From Paragordius varius (lineage: Eukaryota; Animalia; Nematomorpha): 64,000 bases of DNA. The stretch's first letter is position 1; the number at the start of each line of letters is the position of its first letter. The DNA lies in assembly GCA_964247055.1 (NCBI GenBank), contig OZ176053.1, forward strand, positions 4,898,001 to 4,962,000. Direction: 5' to 3'. Made by a program: the position numbers and the translations under genes. Shown in pieces: positions 24,501 through 36,905 of the stretch. Under the pieces are notes generated by a model. It was not told where the DNA came from, made no database searches, and worked only from the letters and a program-made list of their open reading frames with translations.

Positions 24501-25564
24501 CTCTAGTTTAAGGTCAACGAGGAAAAAGCTCTTTTCCTCTGCAAAAAACCTAAAACCTTAGTATTTCGACAAACTATAGTTATTTAACAAGATACCCTTA
24601 CATTAACAGAATCATATCCAAAAGCTAAATTTTTATGTTAGTTTTAAGTTGATTTCCCATTATAAATCGTATAAGTCTTATTCGGGTTTTTAAGTATTTT
24701 TGCACAATTTATAATTTTTTACATTTTATTAAAATATATGAACATCACACTGTGTATATAACCATCATACACTATAGAGTCATATTATTAGTTTATGGGC
24801 AAATACTCTGATTTTCTAGATCTAAAGCTAAACTATGATTCAATATTGTAAAGGATAAATGACGGATGATAATGTTTTGTAATAACAGTTGTCGTCTACG
24901 ATTACGATCAAGGGTCAGATATATTATTTATAATTACAATTTGTTTATAAATATAATTATCAGTTTATTTCTAATTATTTTTCATTTCATTCAAATTCTT
25001 ACGAGTTTAACAACTATTATATGATTTATTAATATTGTGAGCAAGTACGATTTTTTAATGCAAATAAACTTTAAAATACAGTGAAAACCTTATTATTTAC
25101 TCGGGTCTTTGAAATTGTTTTTACAAACCAATAAAAAAAATTGCATTTAAAAATAAATCAGCGTGACGGGTTTCAGAGAAAAGTATGTCTTCATCAATTC
25201 ATAAACTTTTATGTAGAATCAGTTTTTTTATAAAACGGAAAAGTAATAATTTGAAAAAGTTAATTTTATTTTTTACTTAATTTTTTATAATCAATTTTGA
25301 TGTTTTGTGAAAACAAAATGGAATGAATTGTTACAATGTTTATTGTGTTAAAACTTTTCGAATTTCCATTAGTATTTTGTAAATAGTATAACCATCAAAT
25401 GCACAACTCATTTTTGTATATAACCAACCAACCATATTTACTGTTTTTTAGATTCATTCGCATAACAAAAAAAATTAGGAAAGTCAAACATTTGTTGCAC
25501 GTTTCCTTGATGATCATTACAAATAATTAATTTCCCAAGGATAATTTTGTTCTTTCATATCGTA

Positions 25565-26668
25565 ATGTCATCATCGGGATTTAATAATGACAAATCATTA
25601 GCTACTAAATTTGACGATATAAAGAAAAAATATAGTTCACAATCTACCAAAGATTCAAACACTAGTAAAACTGGAAAACATTCGACACAATCAAATACAA
25701 ACGGAGATATTAACCAAGGAGGCAACAATGTTCCTAAAAAGCTTAACAATCTGTTTAATTCTATATTCAAGGATCCTTCCCCTTCAGACACTGTAAGTTA
25801 TTAGTATTTTTATTATTTTGAAGCATGTATAATTGCATGAGAACTTTTAAACTTATATCATGGACTATATTTAAGTTTGTCCGATAAAAATTGAATTAAT
25901 TTTTTATAGGGTTGTTTCTTAAAAAATTAGGTGATATTTATCTGTATATTTAAAAAGATTATGGGGGTAAGGGCTACATAAATGACATTAAAACATTGTA
26001 CAGCACACAAAATTTTATTTCTATATTTTCACGCCAAAGTGAAATTTTTTCAATGTAATGATTGTGAAACTTTAAGGGCTACCAAAAAAACATTTTTTGC
26101 ATCTGAATCTTTTTATACAAGTCATAAAATGGTTAAGGACCAATAAATTATTTATTGTCATAAGCATTCAACCACCCTTAGAAATCTAGGATATGACTAA
26201 ATAAATGCTTTCGAAAGTTGCTAATGCTTATTAATGACAAACAATTGAAAATATATTAAAATTAAGCTCCATTGCTTATTAGCTCTGCTTGGTCACGCAC
26301 GCGACTTATAATGCGTTGGCTTTTGAATTGGATTTTAAAATAGTGACTATGATCGGCGTCCTCATTAAGGAAATGTAAATGACTTTAAATTTTATTTTCA
26401 CCATATAGCTATCAAAATCAATTATGCGCAAAGCGTATCACAGGGTGCGGCCCTGTCAGGAGTTTATATAAAAATGCGTTAAATCATAATCTACACTTTA
26501 TAATATAAGAGAAATACCTAGAATTATAAATAACCTTATGTAGCGTCATACGTTTTTCTAAAAATCGTTTTAAAGAAATATTTTTGGATAGTTGTTTATT
26601 TGGAAGGAGGGGGGGGAACTAAAGAAAGTCGGGTACAGCGAACTAATTCAAAAACATTCATCGACTAA
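25565..26668 (+). CDS. Putative FP-domain (PI31/PSMF1- or FBXO7-like) protein; tentative exons 25565-25792, 26283-26374, 26409-26461, 26544-26668
   Basis: ATG exon ends in CT|GTAAGT. Phase-consistent GT-AG joins give KLNNLFNSIFKDPSPSDTLCLVTHATYNALAF...YVFLKIVLKKYFWIVVYLE...TNSKTFID, resembling from memory the FP-domain pattern (LF.S...D.L..lH....GF). The later exons are uncertain. Confidence 0.42.
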
Positions 26669-26737
26669 GATCGGCGCATTATATCCTTTATTGAATATAG
26701 ATTAGTCGTTTTCCGAAATTTAAGGCCATCCATGTAC

Positions 26738-26778
<41 letters not shown>

Positions 26779-27690
26779 TAGATAGATTTGTTTCAAATCA
26801 TATGATATTTTTCGAAAAAATTAAATTATATAAGTAGCCACATACACGATATTGAATATTTATAAAAAGTCATAATCCTGATCTGTTTTGAAGTTTATAG
26901 GAATATATAAGGTACAAATATGAATCAAACTTTTTAGATTATTTTTAATTCAGTCTTTTTATTTAGAATGGCAAAAATTAAATTAAGCCCAAAATGTTGC
27001 TATTTGAAATTTTAGACCTAACATGATTATTTGTTTAACCTTTTAATATATTGCAATCCTTGGTACATGCTCGAAACAATGATTTAGTATTAGCACCAGT
27101 AACTTTATTGAAAAATCTGAAGTCTTTGCATACATTTTAAAAGTCAAAGTTTTAAAAATATAAAATTTTATCAAATTTGAGAAATACATAATTTAAATTA
27201 TATAGGAACTTTGTGTTTTCAAAATTTTATGGTACCATAAATTTATCAATAGTGAAAGAGCTTCATGCAGGATATATCATCAATTTATGGTAAGACAAAT
27301 TTTTTTGGGTCGTTACTGTTTTCAACAATATTTCTATTTTTGCTTATAAGTGATTAATTATTTTTTTTAATAAAATTTTCAATTTCGCGGTCCTCTTCAA
27401 AATCAAAATGTTTTCTCTTCTCATAGTACAGGTCACAACGTATATTATTACCGAATACTTTCTCTGTTAAACATAAATAAATATGTTAAATTAAGTATCA
27501 CATATAAAATGGCAAGATCCTTATTTTTATCATATTGGCATATTGGCATTGATTTTGCCACAACTTGTAAGCTTGCATGATACAAAAAATCTGTGGCCGG
27601 AAAAGTTATTTTGAGGGCTTTATGCGGCCCGTGGGCCAGCAATTTGAGTATAACTGGTATAAACACGTTTATTTCTTAAAGAATTAAAAT

Positions 27691-27993
27691 ATATGCCATT
27701 TTTAATCATATTCACCTCTAACAATTCAATATCTCCTTTGAACAATTTAAATTCACCCTCGAACAATTCAAATTTACCCTAAAAATTAATTAATCAGGAT
27801 AATGTGACTCATCATTAATATAAAATATATTTTTACGACATAGTTTATTATTTTTTCAGCATTATATTAATATTAAACAGAATTTCGTATATTAAAAATA
27901 TTATAAAATCAAGGTCATTTATAATCTTTAAAAACACCTAATTTATTTTAGGTGAATTTGAATTGAGGGTGATTTGAACTGTAAATGGTATAT
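27691..27993. mobile_element. MITE of a related TATACCATTT subfamily
   Basis: Right end GTAAATGGTATAT, eroded left end ATATGCCATTTT, and CACCCTCGAACAATTCAAATT-type subterminal repeats. Confidence 0.65.
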
Positions 27994-28503
27994 ATAATAT
28001 TGATGCGAATACGGCATATTTTAAATCACCCATCCCTGAGATTTTGCAAAACTTTTAATAATAACAACCAAAAACGATTAAATTGTATCAAAACACAATT
28101 ATAAAAACACAAATTCTAGGGATAGGATTCTATTATCTGGTTCCGACTGCAAGTAATTTTTCTAAAAACAAAAAGGTTTAGACGGGTTCGGTTCTATTAT
28201 TTTTCAGTCAAACGGTGCGAACTGAGGTTCCACTACTCAAATTTAATGAAGGCCTATTAATTTAACACTGTAGAGAAAACGCCAAACAATATAAGCTTAT
28301 CTAAAAAATTTGATGCTGCTTTAAACATTTGTTATACATTATTCAAATAAAATAGAAAATAAAAAGTATTTTCTAGATTTAGAACCGCGGTTCCGTTTCT
28401 AAAAATGGTGTTTGAACCGATTCTAGAAAGATTATTTGGTTCCAAAATAGGCTGCTGGTTTTACTTACGCAGAAACGGTTACGGATTAATCCTTAAAACG
28501 ATA

Positions 28504-28772
28504 ATATACCATTTACAATTCAAATTAACCCTTGAACAATTTAAATACACTCTAAAATAAATTATGTGTTTTTTAAAATTTAAAATTACTTATATTTTTT
28601 TTTAATTTTTAAAAAAGAATGTTTAAAATTAAAATAATACTGAAAAAATAATAAAATATGCCATAAAGATAATTTCATATTAATGATGATTATATTGTTC
28701 CGAAAACATATAATTTATTTTTAGGGTGATTTTGAATTGCACAAGGGTGAATTAAAATTGTAAATGGTATAT
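28504..28772. mobile_element. MITE of the TATACCATTTACAATT subfamily
   Basis: TIRs ATATACCATTTACAATT / AATTGTAAATGGTATAT match perfectly over 17 bp. Confidence 0.85.
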
Positions 28773-28989
28773 TTTGTACAATAATACCTGAATCGGATTT
28801 TTTTCTAGAAAGTTACTAGTGTTATGCATACTACAATTTTTAATTTATGACGTGATTGCTAATTTGGTAAATGTTCAGAAAACCTAAAATTTGGGCATAC
28901 TAATATATTATTCATAAAGGCAATCAGCTGCTAATCTCGGTTTATTTTTTTCCTGTTTTATACGGCGTTTTACGCCAAATTTTGTACTT

Positions 28990-30015
28990 AATAGGAATGC
29001 CCGTCTTGATAGATAAAACATACAAACTTTCATAAACTGTAAAACCAGATTTGATGAAATATATATATATATATTCTGGTAGAACATATCAGGATTATCA
29101 TGGTGCTTTTGGTTTTACGAGTAAGAAAGATATTAAGACTTTTGTAGCAAGTGGTTTAAATAATAAACATATTTTGTTAAATAATTTTGCGGAAAGCTAA
29201 ATGCTTCATTTAAAATTATTACTAAAATAAACTACGCATAAAGGAAAATATTTTTTATAAAATTTTAATTTTCAGTTGTAAGCTCCAAAAGTCCCAAAAT
29301 TTATTGCCCTTCTTAAAATGGGCTTGTTCTCTTACAAATAAACGCGAAAATGCCGAGATTGGACAATAAAATTTTAACATTATGCTAATTGACATTAAAA
29401 CAAAATTTTTTGAAAAAAATATATTTTACTTAAAAAAACTAATTAATAGCAAAATTTTGTCTAAAAACGCTTTAAGATATTTAGATATGACTCGATGATG
29501 CTGAACATTTCTATTACCTCAGAACTTTATATAAAGGTTTTTTTGGTTTTAAATTTGGGTGAATTTTGGTATAAAATAAATCAATTATATTTAACATAAA
29601 TTTTAAAACGAATGAATATTTTAATTCTGAGGTGATAAGTTCAGCATTATCGAATATTTATAATAACTTAAAGTGTTTTTATACCGTTTTTAAAATAGTA
29701 GTAAAATACTCTTCAACCAATTTAAAAATTAATTTTTTGAACAAAGAATGCATTTTTTATGTTTTTTGATGGCATGATTTAGCATATTTTTGGGAAAATT
29801 CGAGAAATCTCGGATAGGGGGGTGAAAATTTTGGGACTTCCAAAGCCCTAACACTAAAAATAAATTTTGAAATATTTCAAATATAGTTTATCATATATTT
29901 TAATGATAATTTTTATCAAACATAATGTGCGCTAACTTGGCGATTTTCTGATATCGAGCAATTACCATAAAGGCATACACTGGTAAGCTATGATCCTGAT
30001 ATATTTCCATATCAG

Positions 30016-30053
<38 letters not shown>

Positions 30054-30100
30054 CAAAATATTTTTTTGTGGACATTGTGTAACGCCCAAAATAAGAATGG
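28990..30100. mobile_element. Two decayed hAT A/B-family fragments in inverted orientation
   Basis: TATCAGGATTATCATGGTGCTTTT on + at about 29087 and its complement at about 29985-30010, each next to a (TA)n tract. GCTCCAAAAGTCCCAAAATTT motif occurs in both orientations. Confidence 0.6.
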
Positions 30101-30299
30101 GAAACTTTAGTAATAAAAAATGTTTGCTTGAAAATTTACCAGAAAATGTGTAATCCTATTGAATTTATTTATATCAAATATTTTTTTATTTATTGCGCCA
30201 ATCACAATAAGTTTTTAAAAAATACAAATTTTTAGTAATCATTGAAGCATTATTCGGTTCGGTAAACGGGTATATTTAAATTAATTTTGTTTTCATCAA

Positions 30300-30545
30300 T
30301 GAATGTGCAAGCTTAGTCAATCCACACCCAATATGTTCAGCCCTACAATATGTAAAACTAGAATTTTTCACAAATTAAGTTTCTCAAAAATTTCTGAAGC
30401 AATTAGTTCTAAGGTATGTCCTTTTAAACGCGAATATCATTTACAAGCGCATAGAGTCTTACCCATGTTAAATAACCAATCAATATTATCTTGCACTCCA
30501 AATCAAAGCTTTTTTAAGCAATGCATATCAATTTCGTTATAGTAG
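30300..30545 (-). mobile_element. Possible hAT transposase pseudogene fragment
   Basis: Frame with stops: KL*FGVQDNIDW...KTLCACK*YSRLKGHTLELIASEIFEKL, resembling the hAT-Ac segment LAC...GSHT...IA..L. Confidence 0.45.
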
Positions 30546-32186
30546 GTAATTATTATGAAATACAGTTTTTTATTATTATAAGCGATTATTAGTAAAACTT
30601 GAAACTTTTTTCATTTTCCTCGCTTCATTCAAGAATTTTTTATCAAACCAACTAATTGAAATATATTTAATTTCTGAGTACCATTTGTTCTTTTCAAAAA
30701 AAGAGTTGATAGCCATTGGGTATGACCGTTTTTTTAGTTTGGCATATTTTTAATGTGAACTTGTTTGTGCAAAAACTTAATGGTATTGAACTTTGACGCA
30801 ATTAATTAAATTTAATTAGAAATATCAATTAATTTTTGTGCTACGTCTTATCCATTATTTATATTATTATTGTAATAAAGGAAAGTTTGGCCTGTGAATT
30901 TATAATGTTCTCATCGCACTCAAATATATATAATTAATTAAGTGTTTTTATAACCTTAAATTTAAATGTATTTTGTTATTATGCTACATGTTATGTCTAC
31001 AGCTTATTTATTTTTCAAATATTAAATAAAAAAAAACTTTGCGTGGTTTTCGCTTAAATTACTTTAATGAACAATAAACGTTTAATTCTAGGTGATATTC
31101 GAATTTTAAAAAATGAAAATCATAAGTATAAGTGAAAAAATAAATTTGGCTTAATTATTTGCCATTTATATTAAGAAATATCAATATTTTTGGTTATACA
31201 ATAAAAGTTGAAAAAGAACGTGATTTATGTATTTTTAAAAAATCATTTATCACAAACACAATCGTGATTCGATAGGACTCAACATTGGTTAAACTTGTCT
31301 TTTTGTGAGTTGTTAGAACTGTCATTTATATTTTAAAGAGCAGGGTTAATTAAACATATTTTTTAATTTAATTAATCCTCCGCCATTTGAATTTTTTAAA
31401 CCAATATCCATATTCAGTATAGAAAATAAATTTATATTGCTAACTATCTTATCTTCTTCCATTTATTTTTTTTTCAAAAATAGAAAAAAACCATACAATT
31501 CTCAAGGTTATCTTCTCTCTCGCAATGGTTGAATAAATAATTTTATAATTATAGATAATATATATTTAGATAATTTTTTTCTGAGTTTTTTATAATTATC
31601 AGTTACTTGAAATATCAGGAACTAATCTGTACCACATTGAAAGATTTTATATATTTAAAATAACGGTACATATATAAGAGTTGGTGCGTCGCATATCATA
31701 TCTCATCATATCCTATATATATTTTACCCAGATATACTTTATAAATCACACCGTTTCAGGAAATGATTGATAATATGCGACTATTTATGTAGAGTTTAGT
31801 GGTTTTTTTATTATAATATTCTAAACTGTTTAGGAAAGTAAGAACATAGAATAGATATTAGTTTGATTTTATAATAGAATTACATTTCAAAATTTAATAC
31901 TTTTGCAAATAACAACATATAATGTTTAATCGTTCGTACTTTATATGTGTGGAATTTAATTTAAGAAACCGCTAATATAATAAACATCTATCTAAGGTTT
32001 TTATGATTACCTGAAGTAAATTAATTAAAGATTTTATATTCCAAGAATTAATTCTAGAAAGAGTGTGTGTATGTGTGTGTTTAGAATGTGAAAATATAAT
32101 AAAAAAAATCACATTATCATAATTTTTTTTAACCTAAATAAAAAAATATTTATTATTTATCCTCCGTTGAATTGCATAAAAATTCT

Positions 32187-32190
<4 letters not shown>

Positions 32191-32231
<41 letters not shown>
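32191..32231. repeat. (AT)20 microsatellite; similar tracts at 2941-2975, 26741-26774, 30019-30050 and 62084-62112
   Basis: Directly visible. Confidence 0.98.
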
Positions 32232-32232
<1 letters not shown>

Positions 32233-35200
32233 CAAACTATTGCTACAACACATCTTTAATTTAATATTGCTGTTTTAGTCATATCAGAAGAGATGCGGAA
32301 AAGAAAATAAGCAGCGCGCATATCTCTTCTTACCTGTAAATATTTTTTGTTTGAACATACCTGCATAGGAAAAGCGATTTATAATTTCCCATTTGCGGAA
32401 TTTTAACAACTTACTTTTATAATTACTTTTATATTTAAGTTTGATTTGCCTGGCATAGAATTGACCAACTTTTAGATTAGACTACGGTTTTAGAAAGTAA
32501 TAAAGCACCTAACCAATAGCTCTATTAATTTTTCAGTATGTATAAATAAATTTTAATTATTTTTCATCTTAAATCCCTTTTCTTTCATAAATAAACGGCT
32601 ATGCAAAATTGTGTAATACTTTTTTTCTTAAAGATTTTTTAATCGATTATTTCTGCAATATAAGTAAGTATATCTTTTCTCAAGAGATAAAACACCTAAC
32701 AGTGCGTAAGTGTACCTAACAAATCCTTTACATAATATAATACCTTATTTCCAGCATAAAGAAGATTTATATATATTTATGCAATTTAATTTTCTTTTAT
32801 ATTATTAAATGTGTTCACCTAAAGAAGTGAGATTACTTATTTTCCTTACAAACCACAAAAAATAATACTTTTTCCTTTTTTGCGCTGCGATAAAAAAATT
32901 AATTTTTTTACACATAAATTTTTTTCTAACTGTTTTTACATCCTTTATATCTATCTATGCTTTTAACTAACGTAAATGTATATATATGTTTTAAATTAAG
33001 AAATATTAATAACACAATAATTCTAAATGCTTATATTTAATTAATGATTTTTTTCTACAATGAGTTAGTTAAAAGAAAAAAAATATGAATATTGAATTAA
33101 TTTTTTTCGCCTAATTATATATATTTTTCTTCGAGAATTATTTTTTGTGCGAATGTAATACTACCAATAAAATTCCGTAAACCATTCTCTGAATTCTGTT
33201 GCTACTGGATTTAATAGGTATGCAAAATAATCAACTAATTTAACATGGTCATTAACTCTTTAAAAAATTAAAAAATCCTCTAAAAATTGAGTCAGTCTAT
33301 TCTTTTTAAAAATTGATATTAACATGTCGAATATACTTGACAAAATATTTTTTAACATGCATGTAAATGAACCCCTCGAATTGCCTTTAATTTTTAGATA
33401 GTCGTATGAAAAAAACTATCATTAATGTTTGATGGTATAACTTTAATAAAAACTTAGACAATGGTAATTTTGTCTTAGGTTTTAACTACGAACGAACCGT
33501 TAAAAAATATATATTATATTTAAATAAACTTTTCAGGTATTAATTGCATTTGGTCTTATCTACAACTAACAATTTATTATAAATTATTTGGAAATGTTAT
33601 GAAATTTAAAATATTTTACTTATAATTATTTTTATATGCACAGAAATATAATTTTGAAATATTTAATTTGACAAAAGTTTTACATTTTTTTGTAAATTCT
33701 GCAGTCAATTTCATAACATTCAATAATAAAACTGATTTTTAAAACAAATACATTTGCTATATATATATATATATGAAGCATTATAATATCCCTAAATCAT
33801 AATAAAATTATCCTAATTATGTAAGATTAAATGGGCCGCAAAAAGTTTAAGATAGTATGTTTAAAAAAACTATTGAAAGTCTATTATTGGCACAATTTAC
33901 AGTATTAGTTGCCAAATATACAACAAAGGGCAGTATTATTGGCTTATAGTTATTTTTTCACTTTTTACTATTATTTGCCAATAATGATTTTCTTTGCTGC
34001 ATATGCTATTTGGCAATAATTAATAACTTTCTAGCAATATACACAATTACTCATACTGTATATTTTTTAAGATTTTTTAATCGATATCACCCCAAATAGT
34101 AAAGTGTTAATTATCCAAAAATCAACTTAATACCAACCGTCTTAATATACTACACCTTTTAATTAATGAATTTTGGTCCAATAACATCAACCTATAATCT
34201 GCGTGTAATATTTTGTATATCCTTATATTTAAATTTTTAATTTTGATATAACGTTTATAGTTTTTATTGTGAATCTCAATCAATGGCCGTTTTTATATTT
34301 TAAAAATGTTGTGAGTATGTTTATTCGTCAAATTAACATTTTTATACATGTGAAAAAATTCATTCAAAAATTACACCTACATTTTGCACCTTAACCCCAT
34401 TTTGATGCTTAATTAAATAACAATCGGAAAAATCAACACTCTATTGTTAATATCGAACAGAATATAAAATGGGAAAATACATAATTATGTCAAATTATAT
34501 ATATACCAACTTTTTAGTAAGGTAGTTTTCCTTTTTCAATTATAATTTATTTTTACAATTATATTTATGAAGCTTAATTCAAAATAACTATTAATATTTA
34601 AAAATTACACGATATTAGGTAACAGACAGAGAGTATTCGATAATTTTTGTCTTGTTAATGCTTGGCGGCAAAGTGTTTAGTTTCCGCTCTTTGTCAAAAC
34701 CGCAGTTTTTAATAACCATTTTTATAAAGTGTTTTTAAATAATTTATTCATGTCCTCCCGAATTTTTTATTGGGGTTTGATTTTTAACATACATCAGCTG
34801 AAAGCATGCATGCACCGTTCTACTAAGGTAGTTTGCGGACTTTTTTAAGCCATCACGCTTTTTAAACACAACAAAACCATTTTTTTTATTTATTATACCA
34901 TAGAATACTATTATATAACGTTGATATTTGAATAGTTTTAACTAAGAGGACATTTTTTCCTATTATTGTTATGAAACAAACTGTCATGATGCGAATAACC
35001 AGCCGTGTATTTTCCCACAACTAGGGGTTAAATATAAGCGGTACTTTTTATTCTTTCATCTATAGCAACACAATAATATTCAAATTAAAAATATATATTT
35101 ACCACCTATACATGATTTTTGGGAATTTAAATCAAAAATATTTTATGTTTAATTAACATTTATTATTTCCTGTCCATAGTTTTAAACGCTTACAAGTCAG

Positions 35201-35318
35201 TTATTAAACATGCAACCGAATTCAGCGTAAATACATGGCTTGTTTATATTTAAAGTCATATAGTAAATATTATTATCAAATTTGAAAACTAATGGTTTCG
35301 GTTCTAATGCCTCTATCA

Positions 35319-35596
35319 CAGGGGGTATACAACACACAAATGGCTTCGCGGGCCGCGTTTGAAATATATATATGGTAAATGATTTTTTTGATTCCAAACA
35401 TAGGACTGTGAAATCCCAACGCAATATTACAATTTTTTTCTAGCTTTTGTCAATCCGATGACTTATTTAAAAAAATTGTTTAAGAGAGTAACATTTTTGC
35501 TAAGATTTTGTGACCATATTTTTTAAATTATGAATTTCTAAAATTTTTCGCGGGCCGCATATAAAGTCTGGGAAGACCGCGTGAGTAACACCCCTG
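35319..35596. mobile_element. hAT-Charlie-like MITE
   Basis: CAGGGGGTATACAAC...GAGTAACACCCCTG ends, internal GCGGGCCGC motifs, TSD CTCTATCA/CTCTATAT (6/8). Confidence 0.75.
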
Positions 35597-36905
35597 CTCT
35601 ATATTATCTATTAATGTTTTTTGGATATTGTGTAAATGTTGCTTATTTTTAACAACTTAATATTGTAATTAGCACACTTAAGTAATTGAAGCAAGATTGA
35701 ACATGAAATGCTATCATAATACCGTTTTAAAAAAAATCCAAAAACGGTAACCGTTTCTTATAAATAAATTTTTTATATTAAAAAAAGTAGACAAATATTT
35801 TTATGTTGTTTTTTACAAAAGATTGATTAAAAAACAATGGAACCAGAACGAAATTTTTTAGACAAAACATAACGAAACCTTCCGGTTCCAATTCGTGTTT
35901 TAAATAATTCCTCTTTACCATAGCTATGTTTTATAAGACATAAAATCATTGTTCGTAAATGAGCGATAAATATTATAAAATTTGGTTTTGTTAAACTTTG
36001 TATAACGGCAAATATTTTTAGTTCGCATTATTTCAAATTTGAAATAGATATAATATATATATATATATATGGATTCTTGTTTTTTTATAAAAAAAATATT
36101 TCGTATAAATTTAGCATTTCTTTGTGCGTTATTTTTCATATGATCTTCTCAATGCAACCATAAAAAATGTAAATACATATAATATTCGTAAATGATCAAT
36201 TTTTTAAAGGTAACAAGGGATATATATGTATCTATCATGTAATTTTAATTTTTTTTTAACATATAAAACAAAACATATTTGTATTGATTGGAAATCAAGC
36301 AATATTATTTACAATAAAAATAGTTTTGAATATATAAAACAAAACCTGACAAAATTGAATTTATACCTATGCATGCAACTTTACAAATATTGTTCAGTGT
36401 TCATGATTGAGAAGGAAACAGACAATTGAATTTCATTAACGTAAAAATAGATACATGTATTTTTTTATAGTAAAAAACATGGATATTACATAGATTTTTT
36501 TGCTTATCACTTGATTCTAATTATTTAGCTATAACGATATAAAATCCTTAGTATATTTGGTCAGTTGTTTGGCACCTTGGATTGAATTCCATATTATTTT
36601 ATTTATATTTGTTACTATGAAAAATGATACTGGAACTGTAAATTTTACTGATTTCGATTTCACATAATAACAATATAAAATGGCTTGAAAAATTTTCTAG
36701 TATTCAATTAAACGATGCGTTACTTTATTGATTCCGGTATATTGTCATTAATTCGTGTGCTTCCAGATTTGTAAATATTCAGTTATATTGATTGATCGAT
36801 ATTGTCAAAAATGGAAAGGAGTGTAATAATTAAAAAAATATTTTTTTCTAACTAAAATAATCATGATGAATTTGTTCTGCTAAAATCACATTATTCTATA
36901 CAAAT

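Noticed and set aside
31595-31630. Minus-strand LVPDISSN resembling the LVPDL family motif
   Set aside because: Immediate stop, no signal peptide, and no further similarity in any frame.
1939-36429. Most 60-100-aa ORF-track entries (e.g. 3893, 4902, 10124, 10227, 15036, 21223, 21537, 22741, 23033, 27448, 35197, 35924, 36226)
   Set aside because: They lie inside transposon copies or AT-rich spacer, often start at non-ATG codons, and have Ile/Phe/Lys/Asn composition expected by chance.
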